Source of the DNA: Macrostomum hystrix
Lineage: Eukaryota; Animalia; Platyhelminthes
Reading direction: 5' to 3'
Length of the DNA: 64,000 nucleotides
Assembly (NCBI GenBank): GCA_950097015.1
Contig: CATNEN010000039.1
Span: 558,001-622,000, forward strand
Made by a program: the position numbers and the translations under genes. Below the pieces are notes generated by a model that saw only the letters and a program-made list of their open reading frames with translations, was not told the origin of the DNA and did no database searches. Positions 18,972-31,405 of this stretch are shown here, piece after piece; within the stretch, counting starts at the first letter, position 1; the number at the start of each line of letters is the position of its first letter.

Positions 18972-21900
18972 TCAGGTCCAGTTGACATCGGCCCAGCCAG
19001 CAATCAGCGTCCATGTATTATTCTGGCCGTCCTTGTTAATGTGGAGGCCGGTGACATCAATGCTGACGGTGAAGGTAGCATTGTACTGCATGCCATAAGT
19101 GGGGCACAGCTGCGTAGTGTTGCTGGTGCTAAAGTCGTGCCAGGGGATATCCATGGCCTGCCGACCCAAAGGCTTGTTGGCCATGTAGTCATCCTCAGAG
19201 ATGGCAAACCAGCTCCATCCGCCGTCCATAGACTTGAGGCGGCTTCGTTCATCGAAAGCCGTGCCAAAGAGGCTCGAGTCGGCGGGCATGACAAAGCCGA
19301 TCTGACTGACCAGGCTGTCCAGCGCCTCCCAGCTGGCGCCAAAGTCCACTGATCGGGAGCATTGGGCCCGGCCGCCCGGTCTATAGAGCATGCAGGTGTA
19401 GATGGCACCCTCCTTGGGGCTCACAACGTAGCTTCGGCCATGACTGAAGCCGGTAGCCTTGGGAGTCACTTCGTAGCAGGCGTCGGCTGGGGAAACGTCG
19501 TTCGTCTGCGCGCAGCCGTAGAACTCGACTCGTAGCGATCGGCTGTAGGTCTTTGGCCCACCGTTCAGCGGCAACAGGCGGATGTAGCGACCTACGACGG
19601 CCTTGTTCAGCTTTACGTAGGCTGAGCCGCCAGAGTACGTTGCCGTGTAAATCTGACGGAAGAAAAGCAGTGCTAGTGAAACTGCGAGCATTATAACTCA
19701 TATTTTCCTGCTTTCAGCTTGATTACAGATAAAGCTTGTTTGTGTAAACAATCAAAATCTCCCACAGCTAAATAAACCAGCTAACTGTAACAAATCGAAT
19801 TGAAAATCGAGGTAGAGGTAACTATTAGTTATCAGAAGATTCGACTTACCTCCTTGGTGTTTGTATTGTTTGCGTTCACATCAAACCACAGGAGACCCTC
19901 CTCACTGTATTGGAACCAGAAAGTGTCCACCTTGTTGTTCGTGTCAGTTTGGTGTGTTTGCAGCCTCACTGCGCTTACACGAGTTCGATTGCCGAAGCTA
20001 ATCTCGAGATACTCGTTGCCGTAGAACGGGGGTCCACGATGTGGTGTCGTCCACGCAGCAGTTGAATTGTAGCGGCTGTTGAGAGCACTGTCCGTTCCAA
20101 GGAAGCCACTGGAGGTTATCTGACAGTTTGCAATGGCGCCCGATTCCATGCCCAACGGACTGTCACAGTCGGGTACGAAGACTTCCAGTCCGTTGCGGAA
20201 TGTGGGTGAATAGCCGCTAATAGCCGTTGTAGTAATGACGCTGCCCGGTTTGTTTCGGTGTGTGTAGAAAGCATCGGCCAGTAGTGTAACAAACGTTATT
20301 CCGCTTCCGTACTTGAGGGCGCGCAAAGGATCAACACTGGCATTGATTACGATGTATACATTGTCGGTGTAAGTGATGCGTGAGAAAGTAATGAGAATTC
20401 CCTCGCTAGCGTTCGTATTGTTCTGGACAGTTACCGTGAATGGGGTCGAGCTAACAAAATCCGAATATCCGATAACGTATGGAATATACCAATAAAGGTT
20501 CACTCCATATGCGTTGCCACGCGAGGTCTCGGTGTGATTGAGTCGAATCGCCAGCTGAAGCTGCGATCCGGGAATTTTACTGTAGACCGAAAGATTCTGA
20601 ACCTCCGTTTGGAAAATTTGTAGACTTGGCTTGTCAGTTGCACTGATATTCACCGTGACCGGTGCCATTGTTGTAATTGTCTGCCCACTGAACGTTAGGT
20701 TACAGTAGATGTACTGTACGCTGTTGGCAATGTTCTCATCGTGGTCCATCAAGCGTGCCTTGACTTCGAACTGCAGCACGTCAGAGTCTTTGTGATATTT
20801 GCTCCATTGGTAGCGCCTGAAAACTCCAGTGTTGCCAACGTACGCATTTGCTGTTATCACGTCCACCTGGGTGTTTCCTAGCGTCGAACTATTTGAGTAG
20901 ATAAACTTAAGCTTGTCTCTACAGCAGATGTTCGTACCCATGAAAGTCACATTCAACTCTCGGAATGTGAACTTTGCCTCTGCGCTGGCAGGTGTCGCGT
21001 TGGCATAAATGGTAATCGTAAAGTTTGTAAGTGATTCAGCAATGGTGACATTGAATTTAAAAGTCTTCTCCTCAAAAATCCTCATTGTGACCATATTAGT
21101 AGTCGCAGGCATCAGGTACGGATTGAGTCCCGTGACAGAAGGCATTGTATCGGTGACGTTGAGTGACTTGCTGCCAACCCAGACTAGACTGTTACTGATG
21201 TTTACTGAAGCTCCAACCCACAGGGTTTCTCCAACGCTTGTCATAGTTCCATTTACAAAGATATCAGCCTCGATTATAATTTTGTTGTCTTCCTGAGTGG
21301 TTGCACCAGAAATGGCAATGTTTTGAATAAAACCCAGGTAGATTTGGCTTCGATCATTGGAGCCAGAACCGTAAGTATCGTTAAAAACTCGGGTTAGCTG
21401 CGTGTCATTCACGCACGGCAGGTTCCAGCCAACTCGAACGACTCTTGTGGAGCATATATGCAGCTTGCCGCGGTCACTTGTATTGAACGGAACAAGAAAT
21501 TCGACAGTGTATTCACCAAGTGTATCCACAGGTAGATAGCCCTCAAGCACAACCGTGTGGGTGCCATTTCGTACTAGATTCTGTGAGCCGTTTCTGAGTC
21601 CTAAACTGAATTGAGGCACGAATTGAATGGCTGGAAGGCTGCTGTTGATTGTTAGATTCACACCATCCACCCACAGCTTTTTGGAGCCTATGTAAATAAC
21701 CCCGCCTGCAGATACAACCGATCCATTAGTGCCTGACTTGACTTGAAGAACAACTTCGTAGAGACCCGAGTTGTCACTGCCTGTGTACTTGACATTAGGC
21801 TGACCCACATTTGCGAAGTTCAAAAGATCTAGCTGATACTCTTTAACGATAGTGGTGCTGCCGTTGGCAAAGGTCAAGTTCGGCACAATCATTGGACTCA

Positions 21901-24163
21901 AGCAAGGGACATTTAGGCCTCGATTGGCTAGTCCGACACGGCAAATATGAAGATTATCGTTTAGCGACACCACGTCAATAATATAGCGTCCGTAGCTTTG
22001 TACAACACTAGTCATGTTGTACTTCATAGTATAAGTGCCGCCAACCCACACAGTCGTATTGGGCGTCTGTTTGACGGTACTAAAAGTGGACTCATTCACT
22101 GTCGAGATGTTATTAAAGACCGTTGTAGGATCATATTCGAGTCCCACTCGAGATACATACAGCCTATTGGCCTCATACTTCACACTGGCGCCGAGCCAGT
22201 ACAATGTGTTGTTAAATAGGTTGCTCGTGTTCATGATGTAGTGCGGAGTAATGCACGCCAGGATTTGAAATCGAATAGTATTCTTGTCTCGAATCCACGG
22301 AAAGTCCAGCAGACCGACATTTGAAACGTACTGGGCCGGAAATCGAACCAAAACTCTATCAACTAGCCCATCATCAGCAGAAGAAATGTTCGTAACCCTG
22401 AGTGTGCTCGTGCTAATATTCACAAAGTTCTCACCAACCAACAGTAGCTGCACATCACAGATGGATAAGACAGCGCGGTTGTTGTCCATGACAGTAATAA
22501 ATTCTATATCCATTGGCCCATAGTGTGTGCCTATTGGCTGGTAAATGTCAAGCCAGAAAGCATGCGTAGTCCCATTGTAGATGGTACTCACCGTCATGGC
22601 GTTTTTTAAAGTAAACTGCGGCTGCTTGTTGGAAGGATAAGTTGGCTGGGTTGTGACAACAGTGAAATTTTGTGAAGAAACCCAGATAGCATTGCCATAT
22701 CGAACGCCAGCGACTATTTTTAGACTGCCTCCAGAGGCGATCAGCGAGTGGTTTAGAACGATTCCAGATATTTCAATCACAATATCGTCATCATAGAGGC
22801 CACTTCGGATGCCGGTATCCGTGATTGGGCCCAAGTCGAAAATCACATAGTCCTTGTTGGTGTCATTGGCCGAGCTAATTAGGGTTACTGTGTTATTGCT
22901 GTAGTAGAAGCATGGCATATTCCTGCCGACATGAAGAATGCGAATGCGTTGAAAAGACATCAACGCTTGCGAGTTGTTGAATGGAAATGCCACTTCGACC
23001 CTGTAGCTGCTGCTGCTGTTGCGCGGAAGAGTCATATTAAGAAAAACAGTAGCAGTAGATCCAATCATGACGTAGTCCATGTTTTGTGTGAGCTGCATAA
23101 CCGGATTGGTGGCCGGAGTGGTCCAGTTCGGGGTCTGGGCCGTCACGTTGACGCTGGCAGTCCAGATCTGAGCGAAGTTGTGCTGCAAAGCGAGCCCAAA
23201 CTTGTAGGACGTGCCAACTGAGCTGCCGTTTAGCATCCTAGCGGCAATCTTGAACGTGATGGTGTTGTCGGCATCGGTCGTGCTACTTGTCCTCATGGCG
23301 CCGTTAATAAGCTCTCCAGCGTCGAACGTGGCGATGGAACTTCGGTACTCACCCGTTGCGGCGTCAAAGAGAACCCTCGACGGAAACGTCAGGTTTCCAC
23401 TCGTAGGTGCACATCTGAAGGACCTGCCACTGTCTTCGCCAATCGTTGCAAAACAGATCGACATGATGTCAGTTGTGTTTAGTGGAGCGAAAATATCCAT
23501 GATAATCTGATTGAGCATGACCCCGGTGGTAAATTTCGCAGTGAACACGCCAGTCTCTCCAATCATTAGGCTAGATGGTCCAGTAAGAGTCAGATTAGAG
23601 ACGGTGGCACTGGTATTAGCGGTCATGTTTACCCAAGGGTAGGCCGCCTGTCCCACCCAGACTTTTGTTTGATTCGCATAGCGAGCACCGAAACTCACAT
23701 AGTAGCTAGTGTTAAATACCATGCGGGGTGAGTTCAGGACGGCAGCGCTAAACTCAAAGATAATTCTACTATTTGAACCACTCGCACCCGTATTGGTAAC
23801 GTTTCCGATGTTTAGGATGGCTCGTTCATTCCGATAGTCGTTTCCCTTTGACTCCAGGATCCACTGGTTGTTTAGTACGGTTGCGTTGATGCCGCTGATG
23901 CTGGATCCAATGCTGGTGATGGTCGGGGAGCAGATGGAGAAAAGGGCTGACGTGTTGTCACTAGCCGTGTAGATTTCGATTCGCAGTTCGCTGCTTGATG
24001 TGGCATCCATTGTGGCGTTCACTCGAAAGCGAAGGACATTTCCAAAAGTTACTGTCGCCGGTTGGAAGTCAAGCTTCTCCATCATCCAGGTGAAGTTTCC
24101 AATTGTTTGGCCCATAGCTGGGCCGGCCAGAATGGCCAGAGACAGTAGTAAAATGGAAAGCAT
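18972..24163 (-). CDS. Large secreted glycoprotein: repeated ~150-aa beta-rich modules, an F5/8 type C (discoidin) domain and Asp-box repeats; exons 24163-19850 and 19652-18972
   Basis: Signal peptide MLSILLLSLAILAGPAMG and many NxS/T sites. CDSPLGMESGAI..QITSS..YLEI.F..RYIRL.P..LRVEFYGC spans a phase-0 GTAAGT...CAG intron. Asp-boxes are SVDFGASW and SMDGGWSW. Confidence 0.85.
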
Positions 24164-26133
24164 GGGCAGGCAATAGCAAGGCTTGCAAACTCTGTAGGAG
24201 CATTGGGCCTTTCAAGCTTGAAGCTTTGGGGATTTTAAATGCTTCTTGGAGGCGAGAGGGGGGCATAGGGAACGTGCGGGCAGGTGAGATAGGGCAGAAA
24301 GAGGAAGAGAGATAGTGGAAAATCAATTCCACACCGTCATGGCAACAAGAAAAACAATTCTGAGATGAGGGTTTTGTGTTGAGGCAGAAAACTTTGAAGC
24401 CAGGGTGAGGAGCAAGAGAAGAGTTGGAAACAGAGGAAGGCGAGGAGCGAAGCCGGATCTTCACAGCACAGCAACAACCTCAAAGCCAATCTGCCCACCC
24501 CTCCGTCCACCCCAGCTGCTTGAGCAGCATGATGGTGGCAATAACTCATGTCAGCACCTGACGGGCCCACACGAGACGAAAAGAAGGGAGACGTGGGCTT
24601 TGCATGGGAAGGATATTAAAAGGCAGGTATTGGGTTCGCTCTGAGACCAACCAACCCAGCGCCTGCAGTGAATGATGGAGAAGGGCCTTCTAGCTCCGAT
24701 CCATAGGCTGGCCGTATGTTTCCAAGCTGCATAAATTTTTCTGCAGCCATGGCAGCAGCCTGGGAAAATATCAAGCCTGAGCATAACAAAAATAGACAAA
24801 TGCGTCGGGCTGCAAAGCAAATGAGTGGGCTAGCAACAGAGGCAAGGGAGTGTGCAAGGGAGGAAGCTGAGAGTCCGACTGCTTTCAACGCTGCCATTAT
24901 CCGCGTGCGCTGGTCTGTGACTCGCGCAGCTGACACATGCTCACTGATGCAAACACCTGCAATCGGCTAAATGTGAGATTTTTTTAGCGAAAATAGCTCC
25001 CATAATTCCTCTTTATGGCTTGTTCCAATTATCAGCTCACTAACGTTCAGCAATTTTATCGGCATCGCCTGCTTCGCTTTTGTTCCAGTATAGCCCCAAA
25101 ATCTACCAAATTAGATCGTAGCTTTGATGTTTCCATTACAAAAATTATGCTTAACAGCAAACCCCTAATATATATAGTAATTGTAGCTGCTGCAATCGGC
25201 GAAATAATTTGCGTCTTTCGCACGGGTCACAGACTAAAGAACCCATTTCAACAATACTAAAGGCGGGGGGTTTATTCGTGTAAAAATCACTCATGCTTAC
25301 GGAGAGATTGATCTAGTGCAGCGATTAATTGTATATATATAAACTTTTGACCCATCAACGCCACGGAAGATAGTTTACGAATATAAGGAAGTTGTCTATA
25401 TAACTAATCATTTAAGCAGCTTTCTTAAGTGTACATAACACGATAAATACTAATTTACAACAGCTCAGCCTTGCGTGATTTCATATAATGCGCAATCAAT
25501 ATTGCTTAAATTTTGATTCGGCCGAAAAATTTTTTCACCAAATTTGACGTGTGCACGCTGGATAACATCCAAGCTGAGATTGCATGTAAACGAATATTTA
25601 GTTTTTTTGTCTATTTGTCTATGGCAGTTCCACATTTTCATAGCCAGGTGTATATTTTAAAATCAAGAATACAGAAATTATAGAATTATAAACCTTGAGG
25701 AATGAGGCTAAAAGAAAAAAACGCTTTGGAATTACAGCATGGAAGTGGCTATTCCTATGGTCCAGTAAGATCATTTTAGCATAATTATTTCGCTTTGGCT
25801 TTAAGCCGGCAAGAACTTATGTAAAACAACTCTCACATTTGAGGATGCAATGTTTTGGTCTGTGCAGCATGCATTTGCGAGTAACTTATTAAAATATTAA
25901 AAAAAGCAAGATAGCCACTTAATTTTTACTTAATCATATGAACAAGATATGCTCGAAATACATATTATCGCAGCATTTTATATTATCGCGAGGTAATTTT
26001 TTTACATTATGGTCAACCAAGTGCGATTGGCGTTCAAGCACGGATATTCTGAAATATAGTAGAAGTTCTAACTCTTAAAATGCTGATGCTGAGCATGCCT
26101 GCTTTAAAATCATACAAATATATATATATGTGC

Positions 26134-26170
<37 letters not shown>

Positions 26171-27729
26171 GAATACATATCTCGACATGTTTATCATCAT
26201 TGATAAAGCCAGAATGAACTGAATGAGTTAAATTATTCATTAAATTCATTAAATTAAATGAAAATTACCGGCCTATATTCATACTTCTTGTTACTGTCTC
26301 TGCCAGTCATTACATTAAAAGTAGGACAACAGAATATATGCCTAATGGAAATGCTGCTTAATGACTTAACTTGCATTTCAAAGGCTTTTTTATGCACACA
26401 TCTGCTAGCAAACCTATAATAAAGAGTTTATATATAAAAAGCTTGAGAGAAATCACTGACAAAAAATACAACTTAAAAAAATTAGGTCATCAGTTATAAG
26501 ATAATAGATTTTATGAGTCGCCTTTTTGCTCTGCATGCATGCTACTAATTTTTTTTCTGTAAAACTTTTAGCATATAGGGCCTAAACAAAAAGGCTCTGT
26601 CTAAATAGTTGGATTTTATTTTAATATGGCAACTTATTTAATATTCAATATGAAGGTGTACTGTTGCTCATAAAGTCGTTTTGGAATACTATTTTTTTCG
26701 TAATAGATAAGATAACTATTACAGTGTGAAAGCTTAACACGCCTTCTTCAATGAACTGAATATATTAAAATGTATATTTTACAATACAAAATCAACACAA
26801 TGTCAATTGCATTGCATGTATGTCAATATAATTTAATACATATATATAATTTTTTTGCAATTTACTAAGTCTCCTTAGACTATATTAAATTGATAATGTA
26901 TTATACATTTACTAGTTGTCTATTAGACAACCCATGTTTATTAGACAAATTATAGACTTTTTTGTCCTATAGAAACGATTTTTTTCTTGCTGTGTTCAAA
27001 TCAACTTTACACTCCTTATGAGCTCAATAAAATTTATAATATATATTTTCGTTGCGAGTCAATTATGTTTCAATAGCCTGTTATGATAGCAGCCAATTAA
27101 TTATTTTCCGTTTTAGCTTTAAGACCCATACTTTTTAGGAGAAAAATCTAACAACATATGATTTATGGATTAAGGATTATAGATTGGATTCGCATTTTAT
27201 GTCTAGACTGCTCAAGCTTGCTTAGTAAGCCTTTTGTTTTGTACTATATATGACAAAACTGCGAAAAAGTAAAGGCTGGTTATTTTACTTTATAAAATTC
27301 CTAACAAACGTTTTTCAAGCTTATTGCAAACTATTCTATTATTTCTTCTGGTGTAGTCATACCCTGCTTCATGCTTTATTAATTCTGACACTGCTACCAC
27401 CCCTTGGCCTGCTATTTCTGAGCCCTGCACTGCTAATTTCAATCGCTTGGTTAGTAGCTCCCATTATTTGCACACATCCAGTTATATCCAGTTCCTCACA
27501 TGTTTCATCTCAGCCTATCAAACTATCACTCACTGGTTTAATCTCAGGCTAATCTCAAATCTGAGGTTTAATTTCCCCTAGATTTATTTGTTGTACGATT
27601 CTGATTGACAAATTACACATATTTTTGGCTCAGCTGCATAAAGCTTCTTGGGATCCAGCTGCTAAATCGAAACCTAGTGTATAAAGTTAAATACTTTTCC
27701 TAAAACTCACCACCCGCTCTGCTTCAGAC

Positions 27730-30700
27730 ATGCCAATCTTTCTACTGGCAGTGCTGCTATTCGCCAGTCTCCATGGCAACGGGTGCGAGGGTAGTCGGCT
27801 TGCGTCAGTCGCTTCAAACCGCTCTAATGAAAAGCTACTTATTGAAATGTTGATTAGCAGGTGAGAGTGCGACTATCAGAGGGTATTAGGCTCAGAGATA
27901 GAATTGGCTGATAAGGGACTTTGCTCAGAGATAGAATTGGCTGATAAGGGACTTTGCTCAGAGATAGAATTGGCTGATAAGGGACTAGGCTCAGAGATAG
28001 AATTGGCTGATAACGGACTGGGGTCAGAGATAGAATTGGCTGATAAGGGACTGGGCTCAGAGATAGAATTGGCTGATAACGGACTGGGGTCAGAGATAGA
28101 ATTGGCTGATAAGGGACTGGGCTCAGAGAAAACATTAGCTGATAAGGGACTGGGCTCAGAGATAGAATTGGCTGATAAGGGACTAAGCTCAGAGATAGCA
28201 TTATCTGATAATGGACTGGGCTCAGAGAAAACATTAGCTGATAAGGGACTGGGCTCAGAGAAAACATTAACTTATAAGGACTGGGCTCACAGATAGAATT
28301 ATCTGATAAGGCACTGGGCTCAGAGATAGAATTGGCTGATAAGGCACTGGGCTCAGAGATAGAATTGGCTGATAAGGGACTGGGCTCAGAGAAAACATTA
28401 ACTGATAAGGGACTGGGCTCAGCGATAGCATTAGCTGATAAGGGACTGGGCTCAGCGAGAGCATTGGCTGATAAGGGACTGGGCTCAGAGATAGCATTGG
28501 CTGATAAGGGACTGGGCTCAGCGATAGCATTAGCAGATAAGGGACTGGCCTCAGAGATTGCATTCAGAGATGTCGCACCGTCAGGTACCGGGAGAAGGGC
28601 CTGCTGGGCCGACCGGTGAAGGACTACGGCAATCTCGTGGAGATCAAGTTCGGCCTCGCGTTTGTGCAGATCCTGGACCTGGATGAGAACAAGCAGCTGC
28701 TGCGCACAAACTGCTGGCTGCGCTATCAGTGGCAGGACCACCACCTGAACTGGCGTGACTGGTCCTACCCAATGTTCAAGAACCTCACGCAGATCCGCGT
28801 CTTCCCCGATCTCATCTGGACCCCGGACATTCAGCTGCTCAACTTCGCCGACGAGAGGCTGTCGGAGCGCCGAGAGGCCCGCATCGTTGTGTACGAGGAT
28901 GGCTCCGTGCTGTGGGTGCCACAGTCGCTATTCAAGAGCACCTGCCCCGTGGAGATCTTGCACTTCCCCTTTGACACGCAGCTGTGCCAGCTTGAGTTCG
29001 GCTCCTGGACCTACGACATGACGCAAATGAACATCACCTGGTATGACTACGAGATCACCTACGACAACAAGACGCAGGGCTTAGAGCCAAACCCCTACAT
29101 CGACTATACCAACTACATCCGCAGCCAGGAGTGGCGCACCGATGGCGAGGACGAGCCGGGCATCTGGCCGTCCCGTCGACGCCTGCAGATTCGCTCAGTG
29201 GTCCGCTGCCGCACTGTCACCTACCAGTCCGCAGACGGCAAACAATACAATCGCACCTACAAGACCCTGCGCTACCGGGTGCTCATGCGCCGCAGCGCCT
29301 CCTTCTACCTGTCCATCTTGGTCCTGCCCTGCATCCTGCTGTCCTGCCTCACCTGGGTGATCTTCTGGTTGCCACCCGAGTCTCCTGCCAAGATGCAGCT
29401 CGGCATGAACATTTTTGTAGCCTTCTTCGTCCTCATGCTGCTGCTGGCCGAGACCACCCCCTCAGCAGTGAAGAACTTCCCTCTCATTGGCTACTATTAC
29501 TGCCTGAATATGATTATGATCACCCTCAGCACCTTTCTCGCCGTCATCGTGGTCAACTTGCACTTCGGCGCTGACCGCCGCGCCCCACTGAACCCTTTCG
29601 TACGTCAGCTGGTTATCGAGGGTATCGGCCGGCTGTACATGGTTCGCCAGAGCATCCCACTGGCCAGCCACAAGCCGCCACCGCAGCAGCCGCTCGTTCC
29701 GCAGCTCCAGCAGCACGGGAGTTTGGCTGCATCACCAGCTCAGCAGCACCAGGTGAGCGTCCAGCCTCAAAACTGCTGCTGAAACAAATGGCTGCCTGTC
29801 AAAGCTCCACTGGAAGAATCCAGTGGAGAAATCTCCAAATGAAAAGCTTCCCTCTATACTAAATCTCTAAGGTTAGTTTGACCGGTATTTCAGCCTACAT
29901 AAACCGGTATTTCAGCCTACATAAACCGGTATTTCAGCCTACATAAACCGGTATTTCAATTCATAAACCGATTTTTTCCAACTTGCTTCATTTAATTAGT
30001 AATTCTTGTGAGATTGTGTAGATCTCTTTGTTTAAAAAATCGATTGGGAAAATGGTTAAATACTAGAAAACATACTGAAAAACGCTGCTATTCTTAAGGA
30101 TTAAACTTTTTCATCTTTAGAAGAGGCCCCTAAACTGCCAATTATAATTGATTGCATCAGTGCTTTTCTCAACCGTGCGCGTTAGTAAAGGGCAGGCTGA
30201 GTTTGAGTTGCGTACTATCTGTGCCTAGGCCAGATGGATTTGAGTGATTTAGGACATGGGACTAGGCTAAACTGCGTTGACCCGAGTTCGAATCTTTGAT
30301 GCAGTGAAATATTCGTGAAATAACTTCCAACCATTTTTCAGTTTGTTTATAATCCTGCTCTGAATAGTAAGCATTTAAAGTTTTCTGAGAACAAGCTGAA
30401 AATATACTTTGCTAGCTTTGTTAGCATTGGTTCTATGTTGCTGGGGGACATAAGTTCCCTGCTGCTAAAGGGACATTTTTCATCTGCTATCAGTGTTTGC
30501 CCATACCTGTTACCAATGATGGAGATTGTGTCTGGGCCACCCGGAGGGGGGCTAAAAGGCTAGTATAGTAATATTTTTTATACCAGTGGGACAGAGACAG
30601 GCGATTGGCTTCGATTCACGAAGCCTAACAGCGCATAAATAAGAAATAGGATGGATGGCGGGCGCGCAGCGCACAGGGATGGTCAGAGCCTGATGTACAC

Positions 30701-31205
30701 CAGCCAACCGCCGCACTGGTTTAACAACCGACCGCTAGGCCCACTCAAAACACATCTCCTTTGTACGCGTACATTTTGTTCATTAACGCAGCTAGATACG
30801 AAGTACTCAAATTAAAGCAGTTTTTTTGTAAATTACATGTTCTTACTGTCGCCCTCCCGCCCGCAGCCGAAGCTTCACCTGCCGCAGCTAAAGTACAACA
30901 AGTTTGACTCTCGTCGGCCCAGCAACGCAGCCGAGGACTCGCCGATCCTGGCTGGCGGCCACGCAGGTGCAGTTGAAAAGGACGTACGTGAGGTGAAGCG
31001 CTGCCTGCGCATGTACCTGAGTCGGCTCAAGGAGAAGGAGCGGAAGAACGTGCTGGCGATGGAGTGGCGCACCTTTGCGCTCATTCTCGACCGCGTCTTC
31101 TTTTCCGCCTACGTCATGGCCATCCTTATCGCCGTCATCAGCTTGATTCCCAGGGCGCATCCGAAGCTGGAATACAGCAACGAGGACCAGGAGTTTTGTC
31201 GCTGA
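27730..31205 (+). CDS. Cys-loop ligand-gated ion channel, non-alpha nAChR-family subunit, predicted anion-selective; exons 27730-27860, 28585-29752, 30867-31205
   Basis: Signal peptide, RPV, IWTPDI, Cys loop CPVEILHFPFDTQLC, FGSWTY, M1-M3, and EW..A.ILDR..M4. GT-AG junctions join in frame. There is no vicinal CC in loop C, and a PA motif precedes M2. Confidence 0.93.
27890..28556. repeat. 33-bp minisatellite filling nAChR intron 1
   Basis: Unit gctcagagatagaattggctgataagggactgg, about 20 diverged copies. Confidence 0.93.
29881..29958. repeat. 22-bp tandem repeat (~3.5 copies) in nAChR intron 2
   Basis: accggtatttcagcctacataa repeated. Confidence 0.9.
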
Positions 31206-31405
31206 CGTTGTCCACAGCCGTCTCTTTTGATTTGTCCCTCAATAAATTTCCGCACTTATCTGCGAATCTCTCCGACCCTCTGCACTGCGGAGGTTGTTGC
31301 AGAGCATTCTAGGCCTAATTTTTAGTCTACTTTTAGGGCAGTACTAGGGCGCAATTGCTGTGCTCAAAATTACCAGGTAGCGTGAACAGTGAAGTGGCAG
31401 GCTTT

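Noticed and set aside
27854-28744. Repetitive ORFs on both strands near the nAChR 5' end
   Set aside because: They come from the 33-bp intronic minisatellite. The true exons are defined by in-frame GT-AG junctions.
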